In this document: positions 57,166-64,000 of the stretch, piece by piece
How the letters are laid out: every line of letters starts with the position of its first letter
Numbering within the stretch: position 1 is the stretch's first letter
Assembly: GCA_025594325.1 (NCBI GenBank)
Contig: JANHCV010000003.1
Span: 1,054,001-1,118,000 of the forward strand
Source: Blastocladiella emersonii ATCC 22665
Taxonomy: Eukaryota; Fungi; Blastocladiomycota
Length of the DNA stretch: 64,000 bases
Reading direction: 5' to 3'
The notes under the pieces: generated by a model
What the model was told of the DNA's origin: nothing
The model's database searches: none
The model's input: the letters and a program-made list of their open reading frames with translations, nothing else
Program-made: the position numbers and the translations under genes

Positions 57166-59383
57166 TCATACGTTTCTTGCACCATAGAGATGCATCAAAA
57201 GAGAGCCAGGAAGGGCAAAGCGCTGGTTCAGCCGTGATGAAAGCTTCTCCAGTGTCATGGAGTCCAGGCGTTCACCAAGAAACTTGGCCAGCACATGGGG
57301 ATCAGGCAGAGGCTGCTCCATGGGCTTCCACCCCTTGGCTGAGGCCTTGGGGTGAGAAGGATGGTACTGTGGGTTGTACATCCCATCCATGCGCCCAGGA
57401 GGAGGGAAGAGAGCAACACCTGTGGACTTGGTGAGATCCAGAGGCACCACATGAAGCGTGAGTGTTGACTTGACAAGTGGTGGGTCAGCCTTGTAGAAGA
57501 AGTGCCCAAAGCCTGGACCAGCGCTCGAGGTGATGGGGCGGGACTGCAGGATCTTGGCAAGAGGGGCAGGAAGGGCCGAGAGGGAAGGCAGGCCCTTGAG
57601 AAGCTGCGGCGTGGTAACATGCTTGTTGTTGGAGTTGTGGACAGCTGCAGAACCCAGAGAGCGTGAGACCAGAACTGCTGGATCAGGTACTGGGGTGCCT
57701 GCAGCAAGCAGGTCACCATCCTGCTTGGTGTCAGGTTTCCACTTGGTCGCCTTGCGGATGTCACGGTAGTGCAAAGTCATGATGGTCTGCTGGATTGTGT
57801 TGGCCTTGTATGCTGCCTTGGTTGCTGTTGAAATACGTTCTGGGCCTTGGACCACCATTGCACCAGCAATCTTGAGCTGCTTGAGGTCCAGCTTGGCTGG
57901 AGACATGCTGCAGAGAAGCTTGACCTGGCCGGATCTGCTGCGCTCACACACAACAGCATGCACATCTCCCACAAGGCCCACAAGAACGTGCTGGTTGAGC
58001 TGGAAGGCAAAGCCAAAGCTGCATCCACCATCCAATGGGGCAATGGTCTCGGCCAGTGTGGAGGTGCTGGCACCTGCGTTGACAAGCTGCAAGTAGTCAG
58101 AGAGGATGGAGGTGCACTGGTCCAGACAAAGCCGCCTGTCCTCAGTGCGCACCCACCCCTCCAGCTGCAGCTTGAGGCAGTTGAGGTCCTTGGGGTCAGT
58201 CAGGTCCCAGTCGCTCTGCTCAAACACGTCCTGCAGGCTTGCAAGCGTGCTGGGAGACAGGAGCTCGTCATGGAAAAGTTGGTGGTTGCTGGCACCACAC
58301 GCCATGGCGTAGACATGGATGCCGGGCAGGTGGTCCTCAAAGCGCACATCATCACGCTGAGAGGCCCAGGAGCGATCCACCTCAAGCACAACATTCTACA
58401 CATTGAGGTTGAGGGTTAGTCCACCTTGCAGACATGTGTAGAAATGCAAATGTACTGGAGGAAGAGGTGGTGGTGAAGGAGTCTTGCGGGGAGCTGCTGG
58501 AGCTGGAGCTGGAGCTGGAGCTGGAGCTGGGGCAGATTTGATAATCTTGTGGCGCTTGGGCCGTGGAAGGAGAGTGCGAGAGCGGGGACCTGGCCGCTTG
58601 CGAGGGAGAGAGAGATTGATTTCAATGGAGATGTTTGAGAGCAGGATAGGGTGTTGGGCACAGGTGTTGGTGGTGGGGGCAGCAGCAGCAGAAATGGTTG
58701 GAGTGGGTTGCACTGCAGGGGGGACAGGTTCAGCTACCACCACAGGTACAGGGGGAGGTGGAGGAGGTGGAGGCACAGGAGGATCAGAGGATGGAGTGGA
58801 AGAGAGGAGGATGTGCTCTGGCTCAGCTGGTGGTGGGAGAGAGAGATCAAAAGCAGGAGCAGGAGGAGAAGGCGCAGGAGGAGAAGGCGCAGCGCTCACA
58901 GCTTCCACACCTTGACATTCAGGCATACTAAAGGTTAGAGTCCAATTTCAGCGCGGTCATGAGGGTATAGACATACCATCATCAACTTGGACTTTGTGGA
59001 CAAGATCCAGAAGCGCATCCAACGCCTTTTGATCCTGAGCACGTTCCAACCTCAGTGTCAGCCACGTTCAAGGACCACGGAGTGGGAAAACAGCGTACGT
59101 CATCAAGATCCGTGTTCTGGATGAGCGTGTCCAGGAGCTGCACGTTGGGCGGAACAGGAGGTAGGCTGAGCAGGTCAATGGCGCGTGTCTTGACAGACGC
59201 GCCCATGTAGTCACGTGCTAGCCGCGGCTGGAGGTACTGCATCTTGGAGAGGTGATGGTGCCGCCGCGAGACGAGGTGGGCAAGCGCCTCATTGTGCTCG
59301 TCCGGGTCCTCAATGGCCAGGCAGACCAGGCCCTCGAGCTTGTGTGGGCGTGGGCGCAGGCGGGCCCGTCCAGCGCTTGACAT
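57166..59383 (-). pseudogene. Spliced gene or relic: Pro-rich region + degenerate PP2C-fold domain
   Basis: ATG 59383 has a ccaccATG context and there are three GT..CTAAC/CTGAC..AG introns. GGCSFGFAFQLNQHVLVGLVGDVHAVVC and LVSRSLG parallel the PP2C motifs GSTA..LYVANVGDSRAV and VSRALGD. The exon 2/3 junction appears out of frame. Confidence 0.5.
58496..58525. repeat. (GCTGGA)5 encoding an AP repeat
   Basis: Read directly from the sequence. Confidence 0.9.
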
Positions 59384-59728
59384 GGTGGTGGATGAGAGTG
59401 TTGAAGTGGAGTTGGTTGGATGAGAGTGAGAGTTTGTGGCGGGGCGGGCTCAAATTTATTAATGTGAGGGGGGCGGCAGGTGGGATAGGGATGGCGTGAG
59501 AAAATTCTCCGAGGCACGTGACGCCCTGAACCTGAAACACGGAGTCGCCGCGCCACCTGTCCGTCGGTGCGCCACACTTTGATCATTGTGATACTGGGCT
59601 CACTCTCCCTGTATGCGCCGACTGACCGATCTGCGACCGCTCCGCACTCCATGCAAACATAAGAATTTGAGCTCCCGCCCCTCGGGGCGGGCCCCGTCTC
59701 CCTTCCACAACATTGTTGATGAATCGCA

Positions 59729-60865
59729 ATGCCGCTCTCAAAGCAACGCCGCGCTCTTGACCCGATTGCTGCACCTTCGCCCGCGCTCGCACCTGCGCCC
59801 TCCTCGCTCGCACAGGCCTCTGTGAAACCGCTGCCGCCCGCTGGCGCACGGGCAAGCGAGGGCAAGCTTGAGGTCAAGGGGGTCGGCGGGCCCACTCCGC
59901 CGCCACCCGTTCCTGCTGCCGTTCGCCGCCCATCGCAGTCCGGATGCAAAGCCGGTTGTCGCTGCGGCAAGTGCGCCAGCCGCAGCAGCACTGCGACCAA
60001 ACCCGCTGCGCCGCCGCGCCCGCCGCGCAAGCTGGAACCCGTCCAGCGCAAGGAATCGACCACTACTGTGACCGCGGACCCGCTGCCGCCTGTCCCAGTA
60101 CCCGCCGCTGAACCTGCACCGCCCTCGCCGCCGCCCTCTGTCGTTCCCGCTGCGACCGTCGATCCGCACGCTGACGTGTTCGCCTCGCCGCTCGAGCGCG
60201 CCCTGTCCGCGTGGCCCTTTGCGCTCCCGCAGTCGCCCGACGAGATCGTGTCCATCAAGCTGACGCACCTCATGGCGGCGCTCGAGTACGCCGCGTCGAT
60301 CGGCAAGTGCCCTGTCATTCTCGACAAGTCAGGCAAGATCGACGTGTTTTTCGCGCACCGCCACTGCACTGTGGTCGAGTGCAAGCCGCTAGTCCTCGAC
60401 GTCTTCTTCCGGCACACATCGTCGGCCGTGGACGCGGCGCGGCACATCGCGGACCGCGTGCGCGCGGCGATGCGCGTCGGCGCGTACCTGCTGCTGCGGT
60501 GCACGGACGCGGCGCCGAGTTTCACCAAGCTCGCGGCCGCGACGCAGGAGCCGCCGGGCGACGATATCGGCGACGCGATCGCGCCGCCGCCCGCGGACGT
60601 CATGGACGCGCAGCTCGCGTGGTTCCCGTTCCCCGGCCTGTTCGACCCGGCCGAGCTCACGGGCGACGCGACGGTGCGCAAGCTCGACCCGCTCAACCTG
60701 CCGGGCACGGTGCGCAAGGCCAACGACGAGCCGCTCGTCCCGCGCGACGGGTTCCAGGTGCTCGTCACGTCGTCGTTTGACCCCGAGGACGCGCGCGAGT
60801 TTCTCGCGCCCAGTTTGCCGCTCGGCCGGTGCCTGTTCTTCCACGTCGCTGATCCGAACAACTAG
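59729..60865 (+). CDS. Pro-rich N-terminus + domain resembling the dynein heavy-chain AAA5 / IQANK1 C-terminal region
   Basis: GKCPVILDKSGKIDVFF...RVRAAMRVGAYLLL resembles the dynein pattern R-W-P-L-x-I-D-P-x-G-Q-A...A-I/L-x-x-G-x-P-L-L. Confidence 0.5.
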   Translation: MPLSKQRRALDPIAAPSPALAPAPSSLAQASVKPLPPAGARASEGKLEVKGVGGPTPPPPVPAAVRRPSQSGCKAGCRCGKCASRSSTATKPAAPPRPPRKLEPVQRKESTTTVTADPLPPVPVPAAEPAPPSPPPSVVPAATVDPHADVFASPLERALSAWPFALPQSPDEIVSIKLTHLMAALEYAASIGKCPVILDKSGKIDVFFAHRHCTVVECKPLVLDVFFRHTSSAVDAARHIADRVRAAMRVGAYLLLRCTDAAPSFTKLAAATQEPPGDDIGDAIAPPPADVMDAQLAWFPFPGLFDPAELTGDATVRKLDPLNLPGTVRKANDEPLVPRDGFQVLVTSSFDPEDAREFLAPSLPLGRCLFFHVADPNN

Positions 60866-60907
60866 TGGAGCCTGTATATCACACAAAATAGTCGGAGTGT
60901 TTGTTTA

Positions 60908-63781
60908 TTATTGCAACCCATGCTTCTCGCGCCACGCGTTCCAGTCGTCCCACGCCTCAAGCAGGATCTGGCCGAGCGAGATCCCCTCGTCCTGCTCGCC
61001 GCCGTCGTCGCCGCCCGGCGCCGCGAGATCGGGCGTCAGCGCCTTGGCGTACGTCTCGACCGCCGCCTGCGTGTAGCACTGCAGCGCGCGCGGGTGGAAC
61101 GCGTGCATGATGAGCCGGTGCGCGCGCGCTGACACGCTGCGGGCCCGCGTCCACGCGGCATCGAGCTGCGTCGCGTTCGGGGCCGCGTCGTGCAGCGCGG
61201 CGGCCGCGAGGTTGGCGAGAATCCGCGTGAGCGGCCGGTTCGCCGCGGCGGGGACGCGCAAAAAGTGCTCGCCCTCAACCGCGAGGTGCGTCCAGTGCCC
61301 GCCGGGCACCGCGAGCCCGGACTCGAGCGCGACCACGGTCCCGCACTCGAACAGGTCGCGCAGCACGGCGAGGAGCGCGGTCGGCGCCCAGTCTTCGTGC
61401 TCGGCGGCGCGGTGCGTGGACTTGTGGTGGCTGCGGCGGCACTGCCGCGCAACGACCGCGATACGCGCGCCGCACGCGTGGCGGACCGCAGCGGCGTCGA
61501 CAGCGCAGTCGTCGATCACCGCCGCCGCCGTGGGGTCTTTCGCCAAAAACGCGGGGTTCCGCACGTCCGCGTCGAGATGTGCTGCGAGCCCGGCGTGCGA
61601 CGCCGCGAGCGAGTTGTACATCGGGAGGTACGCATGTCCCTCGCCCAGCTCGGCGCGCGCGAGCGCCCAGACGAGCGGCGCGCGGGCCGCGTCGACGGCG
61701 TCGCGCGGGACACCGTGCGCGAAGACGAACCGCGTGTCGACGGCAGTCTGCAGCGCGGGCGACTCGCGCAGGACGTCCTGGATGAGGAGCGCGGCGGCGA
61801 GCGTCGACCGGTCGAGGACCAGTGTGTGCGGGTCCTCAAGCAGGTGCACCTGGCCGTTGTGCACGGCGACGCCGAGGCACGGCGGGGACCACGAGGCGCA
61901 GGTGTGCCGCACGCGGGAAATGTCGGCGTAGGAGAGTGAGGCCGCGGTGGTGCGCAGCGCGGCGAGCGGCGCTGTCAGGTTGGCGTACGCCGCGCAGCTG
62001 TGTGCCTCGAGCAGCTCGAAGGGCGGCGGGACGAGGTGATGGTGGTGCGGCGGGAGAGTCGCGTTGGTCGAGGTGGCGGGCGAGTTCGAGCCGTCATTAC
62101 GGAGCGCGGGATCCGTGGAAGAGATACCGGTTGCTGCGGGCGACGCGGGGACCGTCGTCGTGCGGCCGGCGGGCGCGAGGTCCATGGGCGGCTGCACGTC
62201 CTGGTTGACGGACGCAACATCGGCGCCGACCTTGCGCGTGTACGCCTCGGGCAGCTGGAGTGCGGCGTTGACGGCGATCCCGACGAGGAGGACGAGGACG
62301 AGCCCGATAATGAGCGCGAGCGAGCGCATGAGCGTGGCGACGGGCTTGCTGGGCCGCTGGGACGCGACGAGCAGGGTGCCCATGGAGACGAGGGCGGCGC
62401 CGGCGGCGAGGCCGAGCGAGGGCAGGTCGGCGTCGCCCGGGTTCACGACCATGGCGGTCTTGACGGCGGCCGACGTCAGGCACCGGTACGCGACGACGAC
62501 GCCCGTCAGGTACATGAAGGTGGACTCGGCGCCGCTGGCCCACGGCTCGGCGGCCTTGAGGTTGGTGATGTTGGCGCCGCCGTCGTGCAGCAAGAAGAAG
62601 GGCAGGAGCAGGTTCAGGGCCACGTCGGCGATCAGAAACTCCCACGAGCCCATGCGCAGGAACAGCAGCCGCACCGAGCCGCCGCTCCAGTCGTTGCACT
62701 TGAGCGCCGACACGCCGTACGCGATCGAGAGAAGCTACACGCGCGCGAAGCTCGGTCAGCCCGGTTCGTGGTGCGGGGACAGGAAGTCGCGTACGAAGCT
62801 CGTCGTCGCAATGACGGTGAAAATAGACCTTGGCGGGATCGAGAAGAGGGCGTGCGAGCGCTGGCGGTTGAGCTTGGACAGCTGGTACAGGAGCATGACG
62901 ACGGCGAGGGCGCGCAGGACCGCGTCGAGGAACAGCACGCCGACGACGTGGGCCGAGTACTGCGGGTTCATGGCGAACAGGACGAGGTGCGCGCCCCAGC
63001 TCACGGCGAGCATGCCCATGAGGCGGAGCGGGGACAGGTAGTCGATGTAGACCGAGCTGTGGCGCAGACGCGGGTGTGAGCAGGGAGGATCGAGACCGCG
63101 AGGTACGCGGGGGAGCGCGTACTAGAAGAGACTCACGAAGAACGGCAGCCACGGGTTGTGCAGACCCATGAGGCTCGCGGATCGCAGCGAAAAGGATGCC
63201 CAGGCGAGCAGGACCTGGAGCGCGATCATGGGCGCCCAGTTCCACCCGAGGCGCAGCGTCTGCTCGTCACCATCACGGTCAGCTGCGGATGGCGATGCGG
63301 GCGACGCCAGCGCGGGGTCGATCCCAAAGTCAGCGAGCGGCGTGTGCGACCCGTGGCGCTGGTGCGTGGACGCGCGGTTGGGCCGGTCCGAGAAGGCGGA
63401 CGTGAGCCCGGTGCCGGACGGGTGCGGGCCGGCCTCGGCCATCTCAATGGACGCGGACGCGGTGCCGCCGCCGCCGGCGGTCCCGCCCCGACACGCGCCG
63501 TCGTTGGTGTCGTTGTCGTCGTCAGCGTGCAGCGTCGGGACGGACGAGTAGGGCGAGCGGTACGCGGCAGCGGCGGCCGAGTGCGGGTACCAGCGGTGGG
63601 CGGCGAGCGCGGCGAGGGCGACGAGCGCGTGCACGGCGAGCCCCTCGAGGTACTGGGTGTGCATGTAGGCGACGAGCGTGTGGCCGAGGTCCGTGTGCAC
63701 GTAGGCGGCGGCGAGCGCGCAGGCCATGGCGACGCCGCCGATGCGGCCGAGCACGCCGCGCTGGACGGGCGAGATGGACAT
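60908..63781 (-). CDS. Multi-pass membrane domain fused to a divergent GT90 (CAP10-like) glycosyltransferase domain
   Basis: Three ORFs splice into one gene with about 10 hydrophobic segments. The lumenal domain has VAVHNGQVH, DTRFVF, LFECGTVVAL and EGEHFLRVP, which loosely parallel GT90 motifs. Confidence 0.55.
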
Positions 63782-64000
63782 GGGCGTGGTCGTGGTCGGT
63801 GCGAGATCAGGGCGGAGGATGGATCGCGCGCGGCTCAGAATTCCATTGCAGTAAGCTAGGTGTCGGTGCGGGGCCGAGAAGGTGCGGCGCGGATGGGCGC
63901 GGATCAACGCGCGAGAGCGAGCGCGGTCCGCGAGGGAGGACAGGGACGAGGGCGGCGACCACGGCGGCGGTGGGCGTCGTCGACTGGTCGGCGGGTCTGC

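Larger units (their letters stand above)
57040..59500. other. CpG-depleted, lower-GC block
   Basis: CG dinucleotides are scarce and CA/TG abundant (e.g. 58441-58920), in sharp contrast to the CG-rich remainder of the window. Confidence 0.85.

Noticed and set aside
54480-59700. DNA transposon or Helitron boundaries around the duplicated block
   Set aside because: No convincing terminal inverted repeats, target-site duplication, 3' hairpin or transposase/helicase motifs were found by eye.
1-64000. rRNA, tRNA or prokaryotic operon structure
   Set aside because: No recognisable rRNA or cloverleaf sequence was seen, and pervasive spliceosomal introns show the DNA is eukaryotic.

Overview
This is a gene-dense, very GC-rich eukaryotic window. 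It has many short spliceosomal introns (donors GTACGC/GTACGT/GTGCGT, branch points CTAAC/CTGAC/CTCAC, mostly 50-80 nt). Gene content (KIF9, an animal-type class I PDE, a CHASE sensor, fungal-type amino acid biosynthesis genes) suggests a zoosporic early-diverging fungus, possibly Blastocladiomycota; this is inference. About 24 genes or pseudogenes can be supported, and most long antisense ORFs in the track are codon-bias shadows. No rRNA, tRNA, CRISPR array or recognisable transposase was seen. Highlights: (1) one ORF fuses a prokaryote-type M1 aminopeptidase to an M3A oligopeptidase (18356-23544). (2) A near-identical inverted copy of its M1 part lies 34 kb away (54627-57125), next to a CpG-depleted block carrying a decayed PP2C-like gene. 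(3) An MLKL-like helical bundle + pseudokinase + Sel1 protein (3103-6565). (4) A CHASE-PAS pseudo-histidine kinase sits next to a 6-TM phosphodiesterase. (5) A duplicated promoter heads a chimeric pseudogene (35271-36378). All domain calls come from motif recognition by eye, not database searches.
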